NCBI GenBank assembly: GCA_029240105.1
Contig: JARBTR010000004.1
Span: 78,620-142,619 of the forward strand
DNA: 64,000 nt
Direction: 5' to 3'
Source: Bacillales bacterium
GTDB lineage: Bacteria > Bacillota > Bacilli > JARBTR01
Shown here: positions 39,851 through 50,018 of the stretch, one piece after another
Numbering within the stretch: position 1 is the stretch's first letter
Layout: each line of letters begins with the position of its first letter
Program-made: the position numbers and the translations under genes
Notes under the pieces: model-generated
Databases searched by the model: none
What the model was told of the DNA's origin: nothing
The model's input: the letters and a program-made list of their open reading frames with translations, nothing else

Positions 39851-40318
39851 CTAAATATTCTCTCCACCAAGTCCTAAACTTGGATCTGGTTCAAATGAAA
39901 CTGGTGATTCTGAGGCATTGTTATTTCCAGTCATTTTTTTAATCTTGTCGAATGCAGCAGGTGCTGCGTCGAAAACTTTCTCAATTAAGTGGGTTTTTTC
40001 ATCTAAATGAAGCATTTGAATGCCATTTGAATTGACAATAAGGAAAGCGATTGGTGTAATGGAAACCCCAGCACCACTACCACCACCAAATGGATGCTTA
40101 GTTGCACTGCCTTGATGTGTTCCATTATCTTTTCTGTCTGCTCGGCCGATAAATTCACTACCACCTGCAGCAAATCCGAACCCGACCTTGGAAACAGTTA
40201 GAATGACACTACCATCTGGAGTATGTACGGGATCACCTAAAATAGTGTTCACATCAATCATACCCTTTAAATTTTCCATTGCGGAATCCATAAGACCTTG
40301 AATTGGATGCTCTGACAT
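39851..40318 (-). CDS. ytfJ: GerW-family sporulation protein
   Basis: ILGDPVHTPDGSVILTVSKVGFGFAAGGSEF and GGGSGAGVSITPIAFLIV motifs. Confidence 0.85.
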   Translation of the reverse strand: MSEHPIQGLMDSAMENLKGMIDVNTILGDPVHTPDGSVILTVSKVGFGFAAGGSEFIGRADRKDNGTHQGSATKHPFGGGSGAGVSITPIAFLIVNSNGIQMLHLDEKTHLIEKVFDAAPAAFDKIKKMTGNNNASESPVSFEPDPSLGLGGENI

Positions 40319-40354
40319 AGAATTTCTCCTTCATTTCAGCTCTATTAAGAGCCC

Positions 40355-41035
40355 TTAGTTTACAGCCTCTTCATTTATAGTTGGAACAAATAGAAATTTT
40401 CTCTTTCCTTTCCAACGAAAAATAAATTTAAGGCCAGCCCACATAAGTTGCCCAACTCTAAACTCACTTATACAATTAAAATCCATCGAAAAAGTTTTTT
40501 GATGAAAAATAGGAATGATATCAATTTCTGGGTAGTCGACTACATTAAAAACTGTCTGGATAAAAGCAAGTTCCGCTCCAACAATAGACCATGCAACACC
40601 AACTTTTTGAGCAGCTTCAGCTGCATCTCCATCACCAATTTTTAATTTCAAAAGAAACTTATTTATTTTTATTTTCCTCGTAAATCCAAATAAAATACCG
40701 ATTAAGTTTTCTGTTCTCTCTATTACTCGAATAAAATCCTTCATTTTGTTATAAAATTCTATAAGGGTAAAGTTTGATTTTATTGATTTAGAAGCTGTTT
40801 CAGCATTTAATTGTTCTGCATTCTGATTTTTTATTCCTATTGCCATACCTTCTGGTTTTAATTTCAATTCACTCTTTTTTTGAAAGTGTACCAATCCATA
40901 AAGGGCTTTAATATTAATTTTAAAATGATTTGTATCAGCCTCTCGTGAATACTGTATCTGAAATTTTATTTTTGAAAAAATAAGAAGCAGACTCACTATA
41001 ACAACTACAAAAATAATGATATATATCCAATCCAT
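40355..41035 (-). CDS. ytfI: DUF2953 sporulation protein
   Basis: 226 aa with an N-terminal TM segment. Upstream of ytfJ as in Bacillus. Confidence 0.7.
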   Translation of the reverse strand: MDWIYIIIFVVVIVSLLLIFSKIKFQIQYSREADTNHFKINIKALYGLVHFQKKSELKLKPEGMAIGIKNQNAEQLNAETASKSIKSNFTLIEFYNKMKDFIRVIERTENLIGILFGFTRKIKINKFLLKLKIGDGDAAEAAQKVGVAWSIVGAELAFIQTVFNVVDYPEIDIIPIFHQKTFSMDFNCISEFRVGQLMWAGLKFIFRWKGKRKFLFVPTINEEAVN

Positions 41036-41264
41036 TCTCCACTACTCCTTCCCTTCATTATCGTCAAAAATTCAACTTATAAACTTCATCATTCATTGAA
41101 AACATCAAAAGGTGGTTTGTAGCAAAATTCTTCAACTTTTGACAATGTCTCTAAAAAACTTATTCATAGCCTTGTACAACTGTTGTTTTTTGTCTAAAAT
41201 AATTGAATAGTGAATTATTTACTTAGCTGATTGGTAAAAAATGATCAATGAGTAACTTAACAAA

Positions 41265-41918
41265 GTGGGAAAAAATATGAATAAAGTAGATATTAGCAAG
41301 TGGCAACGTCGTGGCATTATACTCTTTATAATCGCGAGCTTTATTGCCATCATTGCTTGGCGACTAACAGTAGATGAAAAGCCAGGGGGTAAATACTCTG
41401 TTACTGTTGTTACACCAAATCAAATTGACATTAGTTTGCGTGGCACTGCTGAGATTGTTTACAACTCTAGCATTGATAACGGGAATTATTACTTACAAAA
41501 GATTAAACTCGTAAGCGGGAAAGAATTGTACTTTTATGGTGAAACAACTCCATTAAACTTTGATAAAAAGAATATGGTTTTTGATGATGAGGATAAGCTT
41601 TGGGGTGTACACGTCGGAGAACGCGTTGATCAACTTGGTTTCTGGCAAAAACTATTTACGATTTTACCGAATCTGTTGCTCTGGTGCATCATCATTTTCC
41701 TATTCTCCATCAAAAGTTTTATCGATGATATCATCTCTATTCTCGAAGTAAAATCTGAAGACATGCATTTGCTTGATAAGAAAGCAATGACTTGGGGGCA
41801 ACGACTTGAAAATTGGCGTAACCATGTTGAGAACATGGACCGCTTCTCCGATGCTTGTAAATTGATTGCAATCTTTGTAGCAATTTTGTGGTTTTTACAT
41901 CAATACAAAGTTATTTAA
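41265..41918 (+). CDS. hypothetical membrane protein
   Basis: Three predicted TM segments. Start uncertain (GTG 41265 or ATG 41277). No family recognised. Confidence 0.4.
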   Translation: MGKNMNKVDISKWQRRGIILFIIASFIAIIAWRLTVDEKPGGKYSVTVVTPNQIDISLRGTAEIVYNSSIDNGNYYLQKIKLVSGKELYFYGETTPLNFDKKNMVFDDEDKLWGVHVGERVDQLGFWQKLFTILPNLLLWCIIIFLFSIKSFIDDIISILEVKSEDMHLLDKKAMTWGQRLENWRNHVENMDRFSDACKLIAIFVAILWFLHQYKVI

Positions 41919-41935
41919 AAGTATTCCTCCCTTTT

Positions 41936-41977
41936 AAAAACGCGATTTCAGCCTTAAAAACTGAAATCGCGTTTTTT
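41936..41977. terminator. bidirectional intrinsic terminator
   Basis: cgcgatttcag (41941-41951) pairs with ctgaaatcgcg (41961-41971), flanked by A5 and T6. Confidence 0.75.
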
Positions 41978-42387
41978 ATCTGACGACTAAACGACTGTAA
42001 TACTCCCTCTTCTAAAAGTGGGAGTAAACAGTCGCTAAGTCTCGCGGTCAACGGTTGCTAATCGCCTTCCCAGGCTCTTAGACCGTTTTCGGAAAACATA
42101 TATGTTTTCTACTCCATGTTCCAAATCAAAGATTTGGATGTTCGTGGATAGATTACGATCTCAGTAAGTTGTTGCTCTGTCGCTGTGCAACAACCGCATA
42201 CAGACATTGCTGATATAAATCTCAGACAACTCTTGTATACGTAACTGTTCCTGACTGCTTCGCACTCAGACATTTACGGATCTAAATTTCAGATGGACGC
42301 CTAACTATTACTGAGATAAATCTCAGATAGTTAGGGGAAAAACTCCACTAGGAGAAAGTATTCTCCGTCGGAAATCAAGAGTTCTGT
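41978..42387. other. 410-nt ORF-free, hairpin-dense segment (candidate structured 3' UTR of the ABC-F gene, or an ncRNA)
   Basis: No ORF of 60 aa or more in any frame. Hairpins at 41992-42034 (7+7 bp), 42092-42109, 42121-42137, 42168-42194 (8 bp) and 42300-42335 (9+6 bp). Exact 12-mer ataaatctcaga at 42215 and 42316. Confidence 0.3.
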
Positions 42388-44271
42388 TTATACTATTTTT
42401 TCTAATTCTTCGTAATACTCATTTCTTTTCTGCTCTAATGAATCCAGTTCAGTTTGCAAAGACTGCAACTTTTCCAAAGCAGTTTCACCCATCATCTGCA
42501 AATGAATTTCATCTATTTGAACCTCTGTACGTAGCAAATTATTTTCTAACTCAGCAATCATTTCTTGTGCAGATTTTTGTTTTGTTGTATGGTTATGAAT
42601 CTGTTTTAAAGGTGTTTTTTTTACTTCCAAACCATCTCCTCTAAGTGATTCTTCAAGCAACTTCTCCCTTGCCCAAGAATAGTTTCCTGGGAAGTAACGA
42701 AGCTTCCCTTCTACAATCCAGTTTGTCTTATCAAAAAGCTTGTTTAATAAATATCGATCATGTGATACGGCTATAATCGTTCCTTTGAATTCTTCAAGCG
42801 CTTCTTCCAACACTTCTCTAGAGTCAATATCTAAATGGTTTGTTGGTTCATCAAGTATTAATAAATTAATGTCCTGATACATGAGTTGTGCCAATCGCAA
42901 CCTCATTCTCTCGCCACCACTTAAACGGTCAACCTTTTGAAATACAGAAGGTCCAAAGAACAAGAACTTTGCTAAAATATGTCGTGCTTGTCCTTCCGTT
43001 ACAGAAATTTGATCACGGAAGGCGTCTAGAACAGTTATATTGTTGTTATCTACAAAGAGATGCTGAGAAAGATATCCAATTTTAACATTGCTACCTACCT
43101 TAACAGTTCCTTGATCAGCTTTTTCCATATCTAAAATCATTTTAAGTATGGTCGATTTTCCGGTTCCGTTATCCCCTACTATTGCAACATGATCCTGAAA
43201 GAGGACATGAAGATGAATATCTTTCAGTATACATTTATCACCAAACCCTTTGGAAACCATCTCAAGTAGTACTACATCTTTACCGCTCCGCTCTCCAGCT
43301 TCTAATTCCAATCCCATTTTCTTTGCTTCGATGGTTGGTTTCTTAATTTTTTCCATTCGTTCGAGCATTCTTTCCATGTTTTTTGCTCGACGGTGCAGTC
43401 CCTCATTTGGTGGATTGGCCTGATTTGCCCACTCTTTTAAACGTTTTATGGCTTCTTTCATTTTCTTGATTTTGCTCTGTTGTTCCTGATATGCATTAAA
43501 CTGATCAAGTAACTTCTTTTCCTTTTGGACAATAAATGATGAGTAATTACCATGATAAACATGTAGTTCTCCATCTTCTAAGTCAAAAACCTTTTTCACT
43601 GTTTGATCTAGGAAATAACGGTCGTGAGATATGATAAGAACTGCACCCTCATATTCATGAAGATAATTCTCTAGCCACTCAACCGCACTTATATCCAAAT
43701 GGTTAGTTGGTTCGTCTAGTAACAATAATTGTGGTTTTTTCAAAAGGATATAGCCTAAACAAATTTTGGTTTGCTCGCCTCCGCTTAGAGTTTGAAAAGA
43801 CGATTCCAAGAGATGTGTAATTTTGAGTCCATTTGCTACTTTCATCACTTTACTGTCTACTTCGTAGCCTTCAAGTAGCGCATACTCATCTTGAAGCTTT
43901 CCATATTGAGTCAATAGTCTCTCAAGTTCGTCCGGTTCGCAAATTCCCATCTTTAACTCTAATTGTTTCATTCGGCTTGCAATTTGTTGAACATTTTCAA
44001 AAGCTGAATAGAGGACATCGCGTCCCAGCATTTCTTTATCATATATCGGTATTTGGGATAAGTAGCCAACCGTTGTTCCTCTTTTCAAACTAATTGTTCC
44101 TGTAGTCGGTTTCTCTTGACCCACAATTAGTTTTGCAATTGTTGATTTCCCGCATCCATTTCGACCAACCAAACCAATTCGATCATTATCTTGAATTTCA
44201 AATGTTACATTCGAAAAAATTTCAGTACCAACAAAATTCATACCCACTTCTTGTGCATTTAGAATAATCAT
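42388..44271 (-). CDS. ABC-F family ATPase (translation factor / ribosome-associated type, Uup/YfmR-like)
   Basis: Two NBDs (GRNGCGKST...LSGGEQ and GDNGTGKST...LSGGER), a charged interdomain linker and a C-terminal coiled coil, with no TM domain. Start at MIILNAQEV (ATG 44271) with GAGGT 7 nt upstream. Confidence 0.85.
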   Translation of the reverse strand: MIILNAQEVGMNFVGTEIFSNVTFEIQDNDRIGLVGRNGCGKSTIAKLIVGQEKPTTGTISLKRGTTVGYLSQIPIYDKEMLGRDVLYSAFENVQQIASRMKQLELKMGICEPDELERLLTQYGKLQDEYALLEGYEVDSKVMKVANGLKITHLLESSFQTLSGGEQTKICLGYILLKKPQLLLLDEPTNHLDISAVEWLENYLHEYEGAVLIISHDRYFLDQTVKKVFDLEDGELHVYHGNYSSFIVQKEKKLLDQFNAYQEQQSKIKKMKEAIKRLKEWANQANPPNEGLHRRAKNMERMLERMEKIKKPTIEAKKMGLELEAGERSGKDVVLLEMVSKGFGDKCILKDIHLHVLFQDHVAIVGDNGTGKSTILKMILDMEKADQGTVKVGSNVKIGYLSQHLFVDNNNITVLDAFRDQISVTEGQARHILAKFLFFGPSVFQKVDRLSGGERMRLRLAQLMYQDINLLILDEPTNHLDIDSREVLEEALEEFKGTIIAVSHDRYLLNKLFDKTNWIVEGKLRYFPGNYSWAREKLLEESLRGDGLEVKKTPLKQIHNHTTKQKSAQEMIAELENNLLRTEVQIDEIHLQMMGETALEKLQSLQTELDSLEQKRNEYYEELEKIV

Positions 44272-44561
44272 GACAAATACCTCATCAAAAATATAACAAC
44301 TATTTTTTTCCCAATCAATTTCATAATTCATAAGTGTCGTGTGAATGGTTCTGGAGCTACAGAGAGTGTTTGCTCCACAAATTATGAAAAACACGCTTGC
44401 TTTCTGTTGAATTTGTAAAATCGATTACGTATCGATTTTACAAAGAGTCGCTGACCCTAAGGTCTCAGCTTTATCGCTTTCATGCAAAAGTCTTCGCTAG
44501 TTTTTCAATAACTTGAAATTTTTTAAAAACGCATGAAATTGATTCGCCAACTTAATCATAA

Positions 44562-44594
44562 CAAAAAAGCGTAAAGTTATAGTAACTCTACGCT
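44562..44594 (-). terminator. terminator of the DedA-family gene
   Basis: agcgtaaagtta / taactctacgct: 12-bp stem with one mismatch, followed on the minus strand by T5. Confidence 0.6.
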
Positions 44595-44615
44595 AAAATT
44601 ATCCATTTTTATCTT

Positions 44616-45218
44616 TTAAACCTTTTTTGGTTGTTTTGCTGATATTCGTTTCTCAACAATCTTTCCTGCTCCCCACAGCACAATCATCAGTAAAACTAAA
44701 ATAATTGTTTTCTCAGGGTGTTGACGGAATGCAACAACATCCTTGCCTATTGTTGCTACGGATAGTACCATTACAAATTTTCCAAATATGACTGCTGGTA
44801 CGTAAACAGAAGCACGCAAAAGCGAAACAGCTGCAAATAAAGTAACAAAGAATGAAGGTGTAAAGGGAAAACAAAGAATAATAAAAATAGGGCCAAAGCC
44901 TGCTTTGCCAATCCAATTCATGATTGGATGTTTTTTCCCAGGACGGTATAAAAATTTTGTTATTGTATTTTTTCCAAACCTTCTTGTCAGATAAAACAAA
45001 AGAAGGGATCCTATTGTTCCACCAAGCCATGAAACTAAAAACCCCGGCCAAAAACCATAGGCAGCCACGTTCACAGTAATAATCACAACAAACGGAAATA
45101 TCGGAAGAAAAGATTCCAAGAATGGGAATAACAACCCAAAAATAACCCCAAGCGATTCGTATTCATGTAACATTTTTAATAAATGTTGATAGGTAAACCA
45201 TTCTTTAAGAAAATCCAT
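44616..45218 (-). CDS. DedA/TVP38-family membrane protein
   Basis: 200 aa, polytopic. ESFLPIFPF...GGTIGSLLLFYLTRRFG pattern. Confidence 0.75.
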   Translation of the reverse strand: MDFLKEWFTYQHLLKMLHEYESLGVIFGLLFPFLESFLPIFPFVVIITVNVAAYGFWPGFLVSWLGGTIGSLLLFYLTRRFGKNTITKFLYRPGKKHPIMNWIGKAGFGPIFIILCFPFTPSFFVTLFAAVSLLRASVYVPAVIFGKFVMVLSVATIGKDVVAFRQHPEKTIILVLLMIVLWGAGKIVEKRISAKQPKKV

Positions 45219-45329
45219 TACTACTCCAAAAAAGTCATTTTTTTAAATACTATTTTGTATTATATCATTATAACTATTATTATATCTTATATATTTTAGT
45301 CATTATTTTTCATAAATATTTACAAATCC

Positions 45330-45908
45330 CTATATTGGTCTCACCTCAGACTGAGGAATTTGATACGGTGTATCTCCATCTGCAACCAAAAAAGATCGAT
45401 TTCTAAAAGCACTGCGATTTATTACCTCTTCGATATTTTGCACGAGCTTTGATTTTAAATAGGCTGTCCGTAGCAATTGATTTTTGATGATTGTATACGA
45501 ACAAGGAAAATCTATGGTTCTATTATTTCGAAATACAATCTTTGTAAAATGCAATTCTGTGGGATAGTGCCTTAAAATAAGTTCAAGAGATATCCAGTGA
45601 CAATCTTCCCTTGAAGCAGAAGATGTTGGAAAGAAATACAAAGATGTTGCAGAGTCCACAACGATTGGAATTTTATGTGACGCATTTAAAAGCTTTTGTG
45701 CACCAAGCACTCTTCCATGATAGGTTGAACCAAAATATGCACAACTATGCTTTATAATATCTATTGGTCTTCTTGGTACAATAAATGTTCCGTTAATCTC
45801 GTGAACTTGTGTATATATACGGACTCCATATCGAACAGGTACAAGTGCTAATGTTTCAGAATTAATTTCATAATTATCTAGTTTATTTGTTTCGGTTGAT
45901 GCATTCAT
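45330..45908 (-). CDS. comK: competence transcription factor ComK
   Basis: 192 aa. YEINSETLALVP..., YFGSTYHGRV, SLYFFPT and CHWISL blocks are typical of ComK. Confidence 0.85.
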   Translation of the reverse strand: MNASTETNKLDNYEINSETLALVPVRYGVRIYTQVHEINGTFIVPRRPIDIIKHSCAYFGSTYHGRVLGAQKLLNASHKIPIVVDSATSLYFFPTSSASREDCHWISLELILRHYPTELHFTKIVFRNNRTIDFPCSYTIIKNQLLRTAYLKSKLVQNIEEVINRSAFRNRSFLVADGDTPYQIPQSEVRPI

Positions 45909-46035
45909 TTAAAAAACTCCCTTTAATTTAGATTCTAGACAAATAGTTAACAAAGAATTCTTTTTAAGTAAATTTTTCTTAGCATGATATGGATTACTTT
46001 CTTCATATAATGCTAGAAAGTAATGGAGGGATTCT

Positions 46036-46272
46036 ATGGAAAAAGACAGACAGAATTACCAAGCGAGAAATGAAGCCAATGATCAATCCATTCAGAACTC
46101 AGTTACAATTGATGATATGTTGCTCGAGATGATCTCAACTGAAGCAAAGTTGAAAATGAATATAAATCAACTCAAAATAGACATTGAAGAATCATTGGTT
46201 TCATTTGACAAAGAAAAATTTATCAGGTCGACGTCTAAACTGAAAAAATTAGAAATTCTTTATGAAAGTTAA
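46036..46272 (+). CDS. small IDEAL-domain-like protein
   Basis: 78 aa. The C-terminal IDIEESLVSFDKEKFIRSTSKLKKL resembles the IDEAL motif. Sits next to comK. Confidence 0.4.
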   Translation: MEKDRQNYQARNEANDQSIQNSVTIDDMLLEMISTEAKLKMNINQLKIDIEESLVSFDKEKFIRSTSKLKKLEILYES

Positions 46273-46453
46273 CTTATAAATTTTTATATCAAATAGGAGC
46301 CTAAAACTAAATAAATCAAAAACGCATTTTCAACCGATTAAAAATGCGTTTTTTTTGTGTTTTAATAAAAATCGAAACAAATTTAACAATATAATTCAAT
46401 TATCTAATCATTTTATAAATGTCATCATTTCTTAATTTTGCTTTTGCACTACT

Positions 46454-47716
46454 TTATTTATCATCATGCTCTTCAATATAACCTTCCATTGTTTGGAGTC
46501 GCTCTAACATTGTTGGGTGCGTATATCGGAAAAATTTTACCAGTATGGGCGGGTTTACCTGTGTAAGCCCAAATGACGAAAGTTTTTGAAAGGAAGAAAG
46601 ACCTGATTTTGGATCATTCGTCATTTTTAATGCATATTGATCAGCTCGCGTCTCTTGCATTCGCGAAAATGTATTGTCGATTGGACTAAACAAAAAAGAT
46701 AAAATTGAAATGACAACCAGAATGAGTGGCAAGATTGAAATGTCCCGTAATGATCGAACTCCAAGAACATTTTTTCTGCCAACATATCCGCTTACAATAA
46801 AATCGGTGACCCAAAGACCAAGGAAACTAATCGCTAAATAAATACCCATACTCTGGTACACATCTTTTTTTACATAATGACCTATTTCATGTGCCATAAC
46901 AAAAAGGATTTCTTCATCTGTAAGCTTTTGTAAAGTTGTATCCCATAAGACAATACGCGAATTACTTCCAATCCCAGTTACATAAGCATTCAGGGCACTT
47001 GTTTTGGTTGACATATTTACTTCAAATACATGATTAGCTGGTATATTCGCTTTATGTGCAATATCTAATATTTTTTGTTCTAATACCTTGTCCTTAAGAG
47101 GATAGAAATCATTATACAGCGGGTCTATTACGACGGGTTGAATAAACATCATAAAAACCGTAAAGGGGACTGTAATTAGCCATGCATATAACCACCAAAG
47201 TCGACCATAACGGCGTATTAGCCACATTAGAACAATTGTGCTCGCGGTCATAAATAAAAGATCAATTCCAAAACTAATTGTCAAATCTTTTAACCATGAA
47301 AAAATTGATTGACTTGATATACCATACTGAACTGACAATCGGTAACTATAAAATTTAAATGGTAAAAAAACCAGTAAGGTTAAAAAAGAAAGTCCCATCA
47401 CATAGCTAAAAGTTTGAAATCCTTTTCTTTTATTGCTACTCCACGTTGAAAGGGATGTTGAAACTCCAAAAGCCAAAATTAAAAAATAAAACAGCCACTC
47501 CAAAGGAGTAATAACAAAGAATAAGAAATTTTTAATCTCAGAATACTTAGCACTATTGGCCAATTGCTTGTCCGACATGAATGTTGATGGATCTGCCACG
47601 GACCCACTTAATGCCTTTGGAATTTCAGTATTTCCCCAGTAAAAAATGTACCCATACATTAGTATGGTATAAAGAATAAATGCAAGCCCAAAAATCCAAG
47701 TCCACTTTTTTCGCAA
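46454..47716 (-). CDS. M48-family (Ste24/HtpX-like) membrane zinc metallopeptidase
   Basis: HEIGH zinc motif (VMAHEIGHYVKKD) and multiple TM segments. Confidence 0.8.
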   Translation of the reverse strand: MRKKWTWIFGLAFILYTILMYGYIFYWGNTEIPKALSGSVADPSTFMSDKQLANSAKYSEIKNFLFFVITPLEWLFYFLILAFGVSTSLSTWSSNKRKGFQTFSYVMGLSFLTLLVFLPFKFYSYRLSVQYGISSQSIFSWLKDLTISFGIDLLFMTASTIVLMWLIRRYGRLWWLYAWLITVPFTVFMMFIQPVVIDPLYNDFYPLKDKVLEQKILDIAHKANIPANHVFEVNMSTKTSALNAYVTGIGSNSRIVLWDTTLQKLTDEEILFVMAHEIGHYVKKDVYQSMGIYLAISFLGLWVTDFIVSGYVGRKNVLGVRSLRDISILPLILVVISILSFLFSPIDNTFSRMQETRADQYALKMTNDPKSGLSSFQKLSSFGLTQVNPPILVKFFRYTHPTMLERLQTMEGYIEEHDDK

Positions 47717-47992
47717 AAAATCACCGTTCTTTCTATCTGAGAAACTTCATCTATTTTAGTGTAAACAGTAGCTTGTCATAATAGAACTAACTTCATGTAA
47801 AAAGAGAAATTCTTAATCGTTTTTACTTATTTTCTTAAAACCAATTTTGTTTTAGCAATGAGAAACTAGGGAATATTATCTTATTAACATGCGAGATGTG
47901 ATGATAAAACTATAAACTTCCATTGCTTGACAGAACCTGTAAATTGGGTAAAAGTAAGAATTGGATTTAAATACCAAATTAAAGGAGCCTTT

Positions 47993-48451
47993 ATGGAGAC
48001 AATTGGATTAAAGAAGCAATTCGATTTAATAAGAAGTAGGGTAATCACATTTATTGAAAGCTGCCCTGAGGAAATTTTAAACGTTAAACCGATTGGACAT
48101 AACAATTCTATACTTTGGATTGTCGGCCATGTTTTAATATCTGCAGAGAGTTTTATAAATACTTTCGATCAAAATAAAAATATCTATCCCATTCATTATT
48201 ATGAATTATTCGGAAGAGGGTCAAGCTTAGATCAATGGACTGGAGTTATCCCCTCCATTGACGAATTAAAGAAGCATTTAATTTTGCAGCAAGAGCAAAT
48301 TTTAGCTCAACCAATTTATGTGGATGATACACCACTAAAAGCCCCATTTTTGACTTTTGAAACCGCTGGAGAACTTATCCATATGATCTGTTTCCATGAA
48401 ACACTACATCTTGGTCAGATGCAAGCCATGAAGCGAAGTTTAACAGCATAA
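47993..48451 (+). CDS. DinB-family protein
   Basis: Four-helix-bundle pattern with conserved His (WIVGHV...FHETLHLGQ). Start at METIGLKK after AAAGGAG. Confidence 0.7.
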   Translation: METIGLKKQFDLIRSRVITFIESCPEEILNVKPIGHNNSILWIVGHVLISAESFINTFDQNKNIYPIHYYELFGRGSSLDQWTGVIPSIDELKKHLILQQEQILAQPIYVDDTPLKAPFLTFETAGELIHMICFHETLHLGQMQAMKRSLTA

Positions 48452-48568
48452 AAAAATTGCTCGAAACATTCGAGCAATTTTTTATTATAGATCATATAAA
48501 ACCATCTATAGTATGAATTTTAAAAGAAAAAGCGAATGACTTTTCCATTCGCTTTCAGTAAGTATAAA

Positions 48569-49555
48569 TTAACTAAGCATATCCGCTAACTCACCATTTG
48601 AAATATTTCCAAAATAATGTTTAGCATCAATATCCTTAAGTGCTTCTACAATATCCTCGAATGTATAGCGAATTCCAACTAAAGCATCCTCTACCTCAGC
48701 TGCGTCGCCAATACCAAAGAAATCTCCAAAGATTTTACAACTTTCTATTCTTCCGTTTTCAACAGTAAGCCTTGCATCAATACTCCCAATTGGAAAACGA
48801 TGTTGTTTTTGTATATTAAAGGCTGGTGATTTACCGTAGTTCCAGTCCCAATTTTGATAACGTTCCTTTGAAATTTTATCAATCGCTTCCCAATCATCTT
48901 CCGTCCACTGATAAATTGGAATCTCTTCAGCTCCAAATATAAATTGAAGAAGTTTAGTCTTAAACTCTTCAATTGTCATTTCTTCAGATAAAAATTCAGA
49001 AATATTCGCAACACGGCTACGAATTGATTTAATCCCCTTAGATTCAATTTTCTCTTGTTTCACTTTAAGGGCAGCCACTAATTGTTCAATTTCCGAATTG
49101 AACATTAATGTTCCGTGATTAAACATTCTTCCTCTTGTGGAGAATTGTGCATTTCCAGAAATTTTACGGCCGTTTACTTCGATATCATTTCGGCCTGACA
49201 ATTCAGCTTCGACTCCCATTGATTGCAATGCATCAACTACTGGTTGCGTGAACATACGGAAGTTATGAAAACTATTACCATCATCTTTTGTGATGAAACT
49301 AAAATTTAGATTTCCCAAATCATGATAAACAGCGCCGCCACCAGAAAGTCTACGAACAACATCAATTTGATGTTCATTCACATAATCTTGATTAATTTCT
49401 TCAATCGTATTTTGATTTTTACCAATGATAATTGATGGTCTATTTATGTAAAATAACAGAAATGTTTTATCTGCTGGAAGATTTTTTAACGCATATTCTT
49501 CAATTGCGAGGTTTATTTTCGGATCAGTAATACCCTTGTTATCTAAAAAAATCAT
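48569..49555 (-). CDS. lplJ: lipoate-protein ligase
   Basis: RRLSGGGAVYHDLGN and GRKISGNAQ motifs. 328 aa. Confidence 0.85.
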   Translation of the reverse strand: MIFLDNKGITDPKINLAIEEYALKNLPADKTFLLFYINRPSIIIGKNQNTIEEINQDYVNEHQIDVVRRLSGGGAVYHDLGNLNFSFITKDDGNSFHNFRMFTQPVVDALQSMGVEAELSGRNDIEVNGRKISGNAQFSTRGRMFNHGTLMFNSEIEQLVAALKVKQEKIESKGIKSIRSRVANISEFLSEEMTIEEFKTKLLQFIFGAEEIPIYQWTEDDWEAIDKISKERYQNWDWNYGKSPAFNIQKQHRFPIGSIDARLTVENGRIESCKIFGDFFGIGDAAEVEDALVGIRYTFEDIVEALKDIDAKHYFGNISNGELADMLS

Positions 49556-50018
49556 TTATTTCCCCCATACAAATATTCATTCTTTTTTATAAAAATTTAA
49601 AAAACAACGATTTTAATTATACACGCAACAGACATTTTGAGAGTGGGTTTTTAGTGAAATTTCTCTAAAAATATTCTTACCCCTAAAATTTTTGTTTCAT
49701 TATAAATTGGAAATCATCAGTATCTATTTTCAAGTACTTCAATTGAACTTTAATGTAACCATAAATATATGTACAAAGTTACACTATTTAAATTTTAGTA
49801 TAACAGAATAACAAATAAAATTTTTTGAAATAAAAATGGAGTTAATTACCACAGGAATCCATACACATCTCCCTTTTATTTATACAAATATTCTTCAAAG
49901 AAAATTGTTGTAATGGTATGATAGAAAAAGTGTGTTTTTACAAATACAAATGGACTTAGGCACCAAATTCATCGGTAACTACTGTCTAAACTTTTAAGAA
50001 TATTTTGGGGGAAAATAG

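Noticed and set aside
44272-44394. N-terminal extensions in the ORF track: ABC-F (41 extra codons), ytwI-like (32), thiI (22), ezrA (11), DinB (22), rarD, pfkA, the ArsR-family gene, ytxK.
   Set aside because: In each case an internal start codon has a much better SD at proper spacing and restores the N-terminus typical of the family. The extensions are read-through of upstream spacer.
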